39,456 nt of DNA from Sphacelaria rigidula (Eukaryota): assembly GCA_964200075.2 (NCBI GenBank), contig CAXNAA020000012.1, positions 1-39,456 of the forward strand, read 5' to 3'. Each line of letters starts with the position of its first letter. The first letter of the stretch is position 1. The position numbers and the translations under genes are program-made. This document shows, in pieces, positions 24,301 through 36,300 of the stretch. Under the pieces are notes generated by a model. That model saw only the letters and a program-made list of their open reading frames with translations. It was not told where the DNA came from and made no database searches.

Positions 24301-27300
24301 GGTTCAAAACTTTGTGCTCTTCATCCATGTGCGCAGGTAGAGTTTCGAAAAATACACATCAACATTCTATCCAAAGTGTTTTCGGTGAACCTCACGGTGA
24401 GTATCGCACACTCAACCGACTGACTGGTCATATGACGATACCTTCACCATTGACGACACCAGTTGCGAATACAACATGTAGGTGGCTATGTCTCTCAGAG
24501 CGCACCTTATATGAGCGTTTCGCTCACGTTGAAAGGGGGCATCAGCAATTTCCCCGACGCGTTTGCCAAGAAGCTAACATATCGGTTGGGCGTAAATATA
24601 AAGACCGTTTGAGTATGGATTCCTAGACGACAGTTTGTTCCACGACAGTTTTTTCAACGAAGAAAGAAAAAAATAGTCGGAACACACAGGAGGATTGCTG
24701 GCTTCACCGAAGCAGCAGCAAAGTGTGCAGCAAGCAGATATATTTTTTACAATCACAACCCGATGGCACACGGGGCGAAAGCAACAACTTGCAGCCTATG
24801 CGTTCTTAGCACGTATGTTGTTGCAGCGAAGGCTGACGTTCTTGGTGTGTAAAGTTTTTCTGACGCGTAGCACATGACTGTTTCACCTAATGCACATACA
24901 CACTGAACTGGCTTTTGCGTGTGTATCGACATCCCAGCTTTCCTGGACGCCAGTCTACACCTTTCGGTATTTGTGGGCGCATCTGCCGGGGTCACACAGT
25001 AGTTTTTTTTGTTATATTTTACATTATTTTAGTATTCCACCTTCCTCCTGCGGTGCTTACCTTATATTTTATCGCGAGAGGGGTTCAGCAGTCCCTTTTT
25101 GTCGTCGACCATGAGGTCGAATTTTGGGTACCCACGATATAGTCGCTCTCCACTGTTGGGCATTGTGTGGGAAAGAATCCCAGATCGTGTGACTGCACCG
25201 AGATTCGAACCCACGGTCCCAACCGTCAGAAGGCTTCGAGCTTACCAACTTAGCCGCCGGGGTGACCGGCATGGGCTATTAAAAACACCCCTGTGAACTA
25301 CACAGCCCAACACGACAGACCGACCACACCAGCAGGAAGGCGCTAATGTATGGTCGCCACTTTTGTGCATCGTGACAGGCAGAGCATACACCATGGAGAG
25401 GAAGTATACGACGTTATTTGATGCGATCCTAGGTGGCACCTACAGAGAACCGGAAGCAGTGTTGCTGTCCATCCACGCTGTTATGTGTCTGCACTGTTTG
25501 TAGCATATACACGGTATGTGAAACCAGCACCGTTTCTGTATTTCGAAAATCATCCCGGATCGTTGCTGGGCCCGCCAAGTAGCGCCAGGAGATCGAAATC
25601 GTAAGGCAAGTCGCGATGTAACCTCATGCTCATGCTCGTGCTTGATGACACCCACAGATATACTAAAGCAGAACACGCGGTATCTGCAGAAAAAAAAGAC
25701 ACCATCATGTCGGCTGTACTATACTGCGCGGTAGTTGCGCTCGACTGTGTGCCTGTCCTTTACTTACTGTCGGGGCAACGGAGATTGGGTGCTCGTGTGA
25801 CACACGCACGCGATGCCGCAGAACAGGAATGTATCCACAACAAGCGAAACCGTCGCAATTCTTGGAATGGGAATCATCCTGCCCAAACACTGACATGTAT
25901 GAAAATATGCCTCGCAGAGTAGATTATCTCCTCGAAGGGAAAACGGACTGTATCTCGAGGAGTATAGCTACAGTATACCTCGAGGAGAATGGAGCCTTTG
26001 AGGATGTCGTGGTCGCCGACATCGTAGTCAAGAGCCAAGGCCCGGAGCGCGGCCACCGCCAGTTCTCGCCTCTCTGCCCCCTGAGAAGGCGTCTCCCCCG
26101 TTCGAGGCTGCGAGCACTCCTGTGGAAACCAGCGACATAACATGTTAGTTGGCGCATAATTTACCTGAATGCAACGGACGAACAGTTAGACTTACTGTTA
26201 CCCGATGCTTATACATGGTGTCGCCTTGAAACCACCCGTTTTGGCAGGCGGAGCCTCCCAACGCGTCGTGAACAACTCAAGCGACACTTTCACATCATAG
26301 GTTCGATACTCTATCCAAAGAAAGTACCGCGTAAGGGAGTGCGGTGACTCGGGCTGACATAGTTTCTCGGCTATGCATCAGAGGGACCTTCGCCATGGTT
26401 CCGTAAAACAAAAATCGAGCCTCAGCTTCCAGTGGCTGCCATCGACAAGTAGACTGCAAAGCTTCGTGCGGATGAAACGTCCCACATATTTACCTCACAG
26501 AAAAACACATCAGTCGTCAGTCATCCCACCTTGAGAATTTCGAGACTGGTCGTCACCAAGCGGGCAAATTGCCGCGTCAAAGCCAGGTGAGCATTTGGCT
26601 CGCACCCTTCCACGCAGCTCAGGTAGTGTACATGAGCCCCCGGACGTTCGTCTCTTTTCGTCATGCGCACGGACACCGCATGGGAATTGAGCAGCCAAGC
26701 CTATAAAAGCACCCAATCAAGATAATCAAGATAACCAAGAGGAGCGCGTGGTGCCGTGTGAACATCAGCAATCACTGCCACCAGCAGTCATGAATTCAAA
26801 CGAAGGACACGCGCGAGCACAAAACATTTCGACAACGTCGTGCTCTCATAGTTAAGTTAAAAACATCAAAACGAGAACGGGAGCAGTGCGCAACCCGACT
26901 TTATAGATGAGATGCCCTCAATCATGGCACAGTACATATGCCCTTGTCTAGCGAGCAGCTGTTCCACAAAACTGCGGAATACAACTTAGCAGGACAAGTA
27001 CGGGGCTACGACCCTGGGGGGTAACGTTGCAAGCTTGTGCGGCAAATTGAACGCCCGACGGGTGAGGTAGAGGTGTTTCACCGCGGGTTAATTAGATCTC
27101 AGATAACGCACTTTCGATGGCTTTGATTGCTTTTGCCTTGCTGACATCATGCTCATCGAATGTCAACCTATCCACGAGAACGTCGGACCGGGAGACTGCT
27201 TCTACAGAACGGAAGCACCGGGATGATGTCACAGTACAGTAGAAGACACCAAGCACAGGAAATGCAGTGGTGTCGAGGAGACATCAAGCTGCAACAAATA

Positions 27301-30300
27301 CGCCCCTCACCATTCATGACTACAGGGGGAAAATGGCCAACAAGGTTCAGATTGTGACAATATCGGCGATCACGTTGTGGGTTTCTGCAGTTTCCTTCTG
27401 AGCGCAGGACTACCCAGTCAATTGGCCCTGAGCAAGTGATAAAGCCCTCCCTCGCGGGAACTATTTGCAGGGTCTAATTTATCGACCCGATGACACCTTT
27501 CCAGCGAAGTTGTAACAATTCCTACACCTGTGCAGCAGAGTTGGACGCCAAAATTAAAAAATCGAATTTCGATCGAGATTGTAATGACCAAAAGTTGTTG
27601 GGTGTACCTGATCTTCAGTTGCGGTGTCACATGAAAAATCGACACCGTCCGATTCTACGGTTAGAGAGAAGGGTGTTGTTATGTACTAGAGTACAAGCTG
27701 ACTCCACGCCGAAATCTCATAATCTCAAATATGTATATGCGCGAGCATTTAAAGTTAACCAAGCATCTCGTAGGAAATTGTCCCACGTAAGCACGAATTG
27801 ATTTCTTGTCACTTCAGCGAACAACGTGGAAAAAGAAGCCGGTTCACGTGTCGAGAGTGAGTTTCTTGACTCGGAGCAGGAGAGAACACTGTTTCCTAGA
27901 AACTCAGGCGCACTGACTGCAAGTCAGAGATATCGAGTTGATGCGGTGATTGCAAAACACCAGTGCAGCGACCAAGGTTTGGAGTTACCACAAGGACGCG
28001 CCACATCTCGTAGGGTGTGTGTGGGAAAATCTCAAATAATCTAACCAGATGTCCCTGTACTGTACATCCTTTCTGCAGCTATGCAACCGCCTGCAAGGCC
28101 TTCATACTACTTTTACAGCGGGGTTTCTGCCCACGCCTGACTGTTTTTCGTATGGGGCGAAAAAAGGAGGGAAGATGGCGGGGGTGCCTGAACTGAGAGA
28201 CCCGCCATCCCTTGCCATAAGAAATACTTCATGCATGCAGAATCTGCAGTGCACACACAGCTTTCACAGGGAAAATAGTGTATGGGATAATTTGGATATT
28301 TTTTCGGCGTCTTCTACCTCGACAATGTTTATTTCAAAACGAACGGACTTTATGCGTTCACAGCGCGTTCAGTATTGATGAAAACGTATAAAATGGTGGG
28401 TAATATTAACCACTAAGCACCAGAACTCGCCCGTCATGATGAAAACAGATATTAATATTAATAGCTAGGGCCATTTTGGCTTCCCCGAAGTTCATTTTCA
28501 CAAGTTGAATGGGGAGAATCGACCAACTCTAAAAAGTACAGTAGCTCCGCAGTGCAGTCGACTCAGACGGCAAGCTATAGCGCAAACGAAAGCGCATAAA
28601 ATTGCCCTTACGTCGATGCCACGCGCTAGCCTACACGACGCCGGCGTCTGTCTTGGCCGTCGCTTTCGGAGTAGGGTTTCACTGTCACCGTGTTTGAGGT
28701 TGCCCATCTCAGCAACGCACGGTCCATTCTTGAAAAGGTAAACAATAATCTCGATAACTTCATCCCAGGGCATCCTACAGATGTGATTGTACGTGCTAGC
28801 TTCGGATAAGTGCATTTCAGTACTTATCCAGCGAAAATCAACAGGTGCGTGTTGTCCATGTATCCATTCTTGTTCCAGCTTCCAGCCTCCTACACCACAC
28901 GCCACACTATGTTGAACGCTGCGTTGAGTATCTGAGCTCGAAACCCTTGCCATTTTCAAGCTACAGCCCTCCGCTTTCGTTTGAACTATCTTATAGCACG
29001 CTACTCCTTCTTTGTGTCTGTCGCGGCCGTCTTGACTGAGAAGAAAAGCCGAAAAAAAACCCGCAAAAAAGCCAAACAAATCTCAAATGTTCCCCTCATA
29101 TTTGAGGTCAAATATAGGGCGGAAGTGCTTTTATATATACGTGCCTCTGCCATAATGCGCGCATCATGGGCCCGCAAGGGGGTCATAACTAAGTATAAGC
29201 AGAGAGAAAATGACAAGCGAGAAATCACCTTCGCGGGTTGCGTCGCAGCGGCAGCGACCAGAGCTCGAGTGAGCCGCAATCCTTCCGCACGCCGTTGGGC
29301 TCTTTGATCCCTGCATCTCCGGACACGTTCCAACTCGTGAACTTCAGCTGGGCACTGCACGAACTTCATGATTCGCTCACCGACTGTGCGAATACAAACG
29401 GAGAGGAGGAATAACATGCTCAGCATGAGTGAGGCTCGTCCATGCCATGCACGGATATAGTCGTATCTAGCCGATTCTGGGCAAGATACCTATGGCGCTT
29501 GAGTCTGTGTGAGAGTATCATCTTTCCTGGCGGTTAGTCAGTCAATACTCGCCGGAATCTTTCTTCGCTCTCTCGCGCATCTCGGCAGCTTTCCGCCGGT
29601 ACGTAAGGATAGACTTGAGCTTGTGCATGGCCGTGGCCTCGTCCACCACCTCCTTCCATCTCTCCAGGAGATCCGCACCTGCTCACCGGGTCAACGATTC
29701 AGCGACAACATGAAACAAGGATGACCTACAACAGCAAACTTCATTATATATGAACATTGAAATCACCGAGTTATTGAAATGCCAGGTATTGTCCTGCTCG
29801 AGGTTAGCAACGCGATACAGATGCAAGACAAATCGCGCGTTCATAATGTTTTGCGGGTCGCCATTTGCGAGGGAGTCATACATGGTTCGAAAGTGCACAA
29901 AGTGGGACTTACGAGTACTCATGACCCTGGTGGCGATTCAGGGTAACTGTCGTCGGCCTTTGGCGTACACGGCAACTACACCAATCGGCCCCTGAGCTTA
30001 TCCCAGATGGCGATAACACGGCCGGGCATGCCAATCTGGGTCGCCGGCCAGTTCCGATCATCGCTTGCGAAAACTTACCTTGTTCCATTTGTCAGAACTC
30101 AACTTTTGACGAATTACCTGACTGACTGAAAATGATCACAGTCATTGACCCCTTACTAATAGGAATGAATGCAGCCGTGGTTACACGATAGTTGACTGCT
30201 CGCGCCTCATATTCGATCATAGGGAAACATGAAAGAGGTTCCCCCGACAGCGGGGAAGTTTGTGGCGGTGCCCGTCGACAGGCACTCAACGACAGGTATG

Positions 30301-33300
30301 ATAAAATGAACCAGAGTTTTGATTTGGCTACCCGTTATTTTCTAACTCACAAAATGAGGATTAGAAATTTTCATCTTTGCCGCCCGGTTCAAGAATGGTC
30401 TTGTCCTGAATCGTTCAAGGATGGTAAAGTGACGCTTGTGCCCGGTCCCGACATGAGATTCTCGCCATCGCCATCCCGTTCAAAGATGGTTATGTGAGAG
30501 CCTACCCTGCGGGTGAAAAGACTTGGAAAACACCATTAACCAATAGAGAGGCACCGCAGAGTTCATGGCAAAGGAACAGCACACAAGCTGCGTCGGCCCA
30601 GAAACTGATATTCCTTCATTCCACCGAATATATTATCGAGAACGGCGGCGAGACATCGTCGAGTAAAAACATCCCCGCGAACGGGGGATCCAAATGCGCG
30701 TGCCCGACAGTTGACGATGCACTTGAGTGCGCTACGACATTACAGAGAAGTCCTGTGCCACTAGTACACTGGGTCGAGAGTCGGGCCCAACAACAATTGC
30801 GGCGGCAGTTATTTTCAAAATGGCCTTCTTTGTCTGCGCTTGGGACTCTGCTGCGGCCCTTTGCTTGCGTCACCCCCGCGCGCTGAGCACGCTCTGGGAC
30901 ATGACGTCAAGCCCGCCAAGCGATCGGTGCCGCGAGAGGATCTATGTCCCCGCCATTTTTGCGAGAAGGAGAAGGACAAGTGACTGTTGACGCTATGTTG
31001 TACAATGAAGGCTACGTGGCAGCATCACCTACAGTGTTTCTGCTTGGAACTAGCCTCCAAGCACTACTCACGTAAAAAAATCCATCCCGCGGGGCAAGGG
31101 CTTCGAATTTTGGCTCAAAACCTTGACACCAGATACACAAGACATAGGCCTACTCTTGACCTGGCAATATATTTCGATATATTTTCTTACTGATACTTCA
31201 AGAGCGCTGAAAACAGCAAAAAACATTGCATCGGTCGCAGATGAGGGAGAGTAAAAAAACGGATTCTGGATAGGGGATAGGTCTCTATGTTGTCTATCTA
31301 GTGTTAACCTTCAACCCCGGATTCGGAAAACATGCGCCGCGCATGACCAATCGATTGTTTTGGCGGGGTCTTGGCCGGCCCAGCTCGTAGCATGCGACGA
31401 GTCATGCAGTGAATGCACTACGCCCATCAGAGCGATACTGGCGTGCCTGTGGTACGCAGCGTTGCGCGCGGTCAGGCTTTTGGTACTCAGCATTAGTCGT
31501 ATCTTGACGCCATGAAACAAAATCTCAACGGTCCATATGATTCAGCCTGTGATAGCAAATAGTGTGCGATATGTGTATTTTGCCAAGACGGATAAGCCAT
31601 GGTCAGCTTGCCGTGCATACAAAAAAAAACGTCACGGAGCTGGGCTGCAAGCACCGGCTCAAGACATCCCGACAAGGTTCACTCGAGGGGTTTTCGTAAT
31701 CAGTGTTGCTTGCAGCACGTAACACCCATATTTCGAAGCAAAAGTGTTGAATTACTTGGGACACAGCGTAAGCCTGGAGCAGGTCCCACGGATTAAAACT
31801 TCACCCAGATGACAAGCCGCTGCTGGCACTCGGGTTGGCTAGTTTCAACTTCTCTATAAATTCGTCAGAATGCCTCTGGATATTTACGTGGACAATGGAA
31901 CGTAGATCGGCTAGACTGAAGCCTTAGTCACGCACTATACCGCACTCACGAACGCAAAAAACAAAAACGTCGTCACCTTGAGGATGCGTAGCGGGGGAAA
32001 GTCAGCGAACTGTGGTAAACTTTCTCGCGTTGTGCCTCACCGTCAGTCATGTAGTTCTGGCTGGAGGTCCTACCCATGCTGCCGGCTCTGGAGAGTAGAC
32101 CCCACCGACGTTTGGACTGGTCCTGGGTAGACGCGCGGCAAGCCTGGGATGGGAGCGCCAACAGAAACAGGGCTCTTGACACGATACGCTCGCTTGCCTG
32201 TTGACAACACAGAAGAGACGTTGCACGACAGGTGAGAATGCACGACGTTTCACCCAAAAAATACGTTGCAATGAGGTAGAACTGGCGTTCACCTTCGTTG
32301 CAATCAAGAAAAAATGTCAACACACGGAATAAAACGTGGCGAGAAAAGAATGTAGAACCGCACGTTCATAAAAGATTCTGCCATTGGAAAAATGGTTTTT
32401 CGGCAAAACATGGCCATAGAGGCGAAACCCTCCACTCCAACCAGCGCGCCGTCATCAACAGAACTCTCACCAATCTTTTCATATTAGTCTGCGGTGCTCG
32501 GAAACATCGATAGGTGTCTTAGCATTTTTGTCAATATTTTCTTCAAGTATGGCAAAGTTGATGGAGCAGGGTAAACTGGGGGTGTATTGTCGTGCTTGCT
32601 CACAAGAATAGCAGCCTCCGCTCAACACCCAAACTAAACCTACCATCACACCTGCACAGAGAACATTGGGCAGGGCACCACACAAGGAACAACGGCATCC
32701 AGCAAAGTGACGCATGGACGGACGTCAACCCACTCCTACTATATTGGCGGTGGGGTTGTCACCACTGCCAGTGTACTCCGACCGGGGATCTCGAGGAAGC
32801 GTTGAGGGGTTCACTGGCGACTGCAATGAAGCACGAGAGTAGCTGCTCCATCAACGGGTTGCATATGCAGTACAAACGGTACAGTTCCCCACTCTCATAG
32901 TACAACACGTTTCTTATTTCACGTTGTACGGACAGTGCACACACTGCACGGGCTGTACATGTTTCAATAGCGTAAAACACACAAAACTTCACACAAACGC
33001 GAAGTGTCGTGTTGGCTTCCGATAGAGTATATGAGTTCCTCCCAACACAAGTTTTGTGTTTGCAGTCGAGGATGAATGTAACCCCGATATTTTGTGTATG
33101 TACCGCAACCCTCTGTCCGTGACGTTAGGAAGTCCGGGCATAGTGTTGTTCACGGCTATCCTTCGAAACCCATTATTTTCACGTGACAACCGTTCCCTAT
33201 AGTATACTACTCGTTCGCTGCTCCCACACAACGGTCGATTGGCAATCAGAGCGAGGCTTGGCCACAAGGGTATGCAAGAGTGGCTAGGAGAGGGCTCTTC

Positions 33301-36300
33301 CAGCAACGCCGGTTTTGATCAAAGCGTCGTGTGGTGTGATAGCTAACGAGTTATTTCCAGGCACACGCGCTGTAATGTGCCACGAGTCTCTCGTCGTTTT
33401 GTCAAACCGCACGGAACAGCAGACCGCACCGAGCAGCAAACCGCAGAACACTAGGCTTGGCTTGCTTCAGCACGGTAAGGCCCAGCAAAATGGTCACGTT
33501 TCAAACGCAAAGTTGGAGATAATTCACCGCTTTATCCTGCGATCGAAATGACCACCTCGCCTTCTTTACATATCATCCTACATGATTGATTGATAACGAT
33601 TGTTGCACATTGCACATTACTTCATTTCCAAGGGATTCAGACGATGGAATACTGTCGCTGCATTTGCACTCTCGACGTAATTTTTCGCCTCAGCATTCGG
33701 TTCAAGTAACATCGACAAATGCTGCCAGAAACTCCTCATCATCTGATTCTAGTGGGGGTCCGGGTAACCTCTTCATGGCCCCTACTCCCGAATCACGAGA
33801 AAGCCGTCTGCGTTGGAATTACGCCTTTGCTTACTTCGTTGACCACGACGTATGTGAAATATCGCACTTCACGACGGTTCTTCTGCACAGGGAGCACTAT
33901 CCACGAATACCGGATTAAAAGTATGATTCGGTACCAAGGCTCTACAGAAGATCATGAACCATGCATGCTATGTGGGAAATACCCGTTGCAAAATCTTGTC
34001 GACAATATCGCCCTGTATTTGACAAGGAGGAGGATAGAAGACCAACTTCATCTCATACTTCGTCACTTTTTCCAAGTGCTACGACCTGCACCTTTCACAA
34101 CACGGGCGAACTCGCAGAGTCAAGTATTACGTAGGATGAGACGGCATTGATTGTACGTGAAACTTGCCTCCGTGATGACCTTTTCCTCGGCCCCTTGATA
34201 AACTGAAGGGCCGCGGGTGAGAACAGGTCGAGTGGCCGGGGCAGGCTCATCGACTATCGTGGTGCTACCAGAGTTTGTCCGGATGATTGCGTCGGAAGCA
34301 ATTGCCTGGTGAAAGCAACCGTTATAAGGCAAGTAAGCGAGGGAGAGGGGTCTCGGTAAAATATTAGATCGTGAAGCGTCCATGACAGTGACACGCAGAC
34401 AAGACAACAGCAAACAGTGGAATAAATGACTAGGAGGAAGTCAGGACAATTGCAGGCTTGTGCTGAGTGCCACTGCACAGTTGCTTGTGGTACGCGATCT
34501 ACGGTCTTCATGAACTTCTTACTCTGATACTCTGAAAACGATAATGCAAGGGGTACGGGCTTATGGAACTCTAGTCCTCTGTTCACGCTAGTAAGTACAC
34601 ACCTGTTGCCTCTGTTTCTCGATTTGACTTTCAACCGCGTCGCGTACGTCTCCATAGTTGAAATACTGCCGCATTTGTTGTCCGAACCTCCAGGTTTTGG
34701 TCAACGCCTGCGTGCAATGTGAACATCTCATTTGTAAGATACATACATGCATAGATCTCACGGAACGGGGTTGTTGACAACAAACGACGATTGGACGAAT
34801 AAACGCCAGCACACTGCAAAAGCATCAGCAAAAACCACGTGTGAACGCAAATGGTCTTGACAAGAACACTTCAACCCTTGCAGTGAAACATCGATGGTCG
34901 TTGAGATTTTTCCATGTGAGACGCTTGCCGACGACGTCTTTGTAAGGCAGCACCGTGAGACTATAAAAACAACAATGGCGCAATAAACTGCAATAACGCC
35001 ATGTATTCACGAACAGTGCATGCAGGTTATCCCCACCAGGCAGCGGCATCGTCCTCACTTTTCATGGGTAGCGATTTAGTATGCACCGCGATATCCTGCA
35101 CAGTACGTTCACGTAATGTAGGGCAGATATGTCGAGGGCAACCCGAAAGGTAAAGCAACGAATGTTGATATCGTGCTCCTTAAGGACCATACCAAGAAAG
35201 GCTAACGCGACAAACGATGTGGTTATAAAGGATGCTACGGTGCGGCGCCCAGACTAACCTTTGATGGCGTCTCGACGCGTCCTTCTGCCAGCGCCAAAGC
35301 GTCGCTTCCCAGTCCCTGGTGCCATATCAGGGCAGCGCAAGTTGCATACACCGCACGATTGACCGCCTCGACGGACCCCTGGTCCTCACCCACCTTTGCT
35401 CGCATCGCTTTGCACAGCCTAATTGATTGCAAACACGCGCACAGGATGAGGATCAGAAGCAAATCGATGACATGATATGCGTCGGCATGCAAAGAGAATT
35501 CCCATCGACAAAACAGTAGTACAAGAAGGAGCTACTTCGCAACCAGAAGTTTGGAACGTCTACACTCTTGGCGAATCAATGAGTGGTGGAGTGGGAGGAC
35601 ACTGTAACAGTACGGTAAGTAAGTACGACAACCGTACTTTCAAATCTTCATTTGCGCTTGCTTCAGGCACCAACAATCACATTCCACAGCCAGTACCGAG
35701 TCAAGCGACAAATGACAAAGAAAACCCAGCTATCCCCTATATCTTGATTCCACTGTTTTCACCGCGGGGTCGCCGCATGAGGTTCCCCCAGACGTTGCGC
35801 ACAAAATCGCATTTTCGCAGACCCCAGACTTTCGAATTTGCATGCCCTCCAGTAATTCATGTTCTGAAACTACAGTGAACGTTTTCTCGTGGTTTTTACA
35901 GACTACAGGCAACTATGATGGTTGACACTGCAGCAAAGGCTTAATATTTTCGTGGGTGCACTCACGCGCTGCCGTGGGTATCTTTCAGCCTATCCACCAC
36001 TCCCAGTAAGCATTCCAGCTCGCGACATCGGGGTTGCGTGGCCGGGTTTCCTATCCCACCATCACTGGCCGCTGCTGGCAGCAGCTGTCGCGCTCCCTCC
36101 GACGTCGCCCTTGATAGCTCACTGCTCATCCTTGCTTCGGGAAAAATAGCTGCAAGTACTGGAGCCACCGGAGCAGACATGGCTGACGCACCCGAGAGAA
36201 CTGCGGGAGTGACAGCTCGACGGACAACGAGGCAAGATATTATCAGATTGAATTTGAGCACTCAAGATTGGTTTTATCTAGACATACCTTGGCAATACCA

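Noticed and set aside
25190-25270. tRNA gene (also considered at 2775-2845)
   Set aside because: A and B boxes are present, but I could not form an acceptor stem or cloverleaf, and each continues into a long body and A-rich tail, which fits a SINE head.
25392-25439. Possible phase 0-0 micro-exon VPPRIASNNVVYFLSM
   Set aside because: Good acceptor but weak donor, not needed for the frame, and no motif support.
27360-27527. Exon-like block with an in-frame TGA (YHLLRAN*LGSPALRRKLQ) as selenocysteine or read-through
   Set aside because: The host frame is fully explained by 29229 joining 26700. The block has the wrong phase and a second stop follows, so it is more likely intronic debris.
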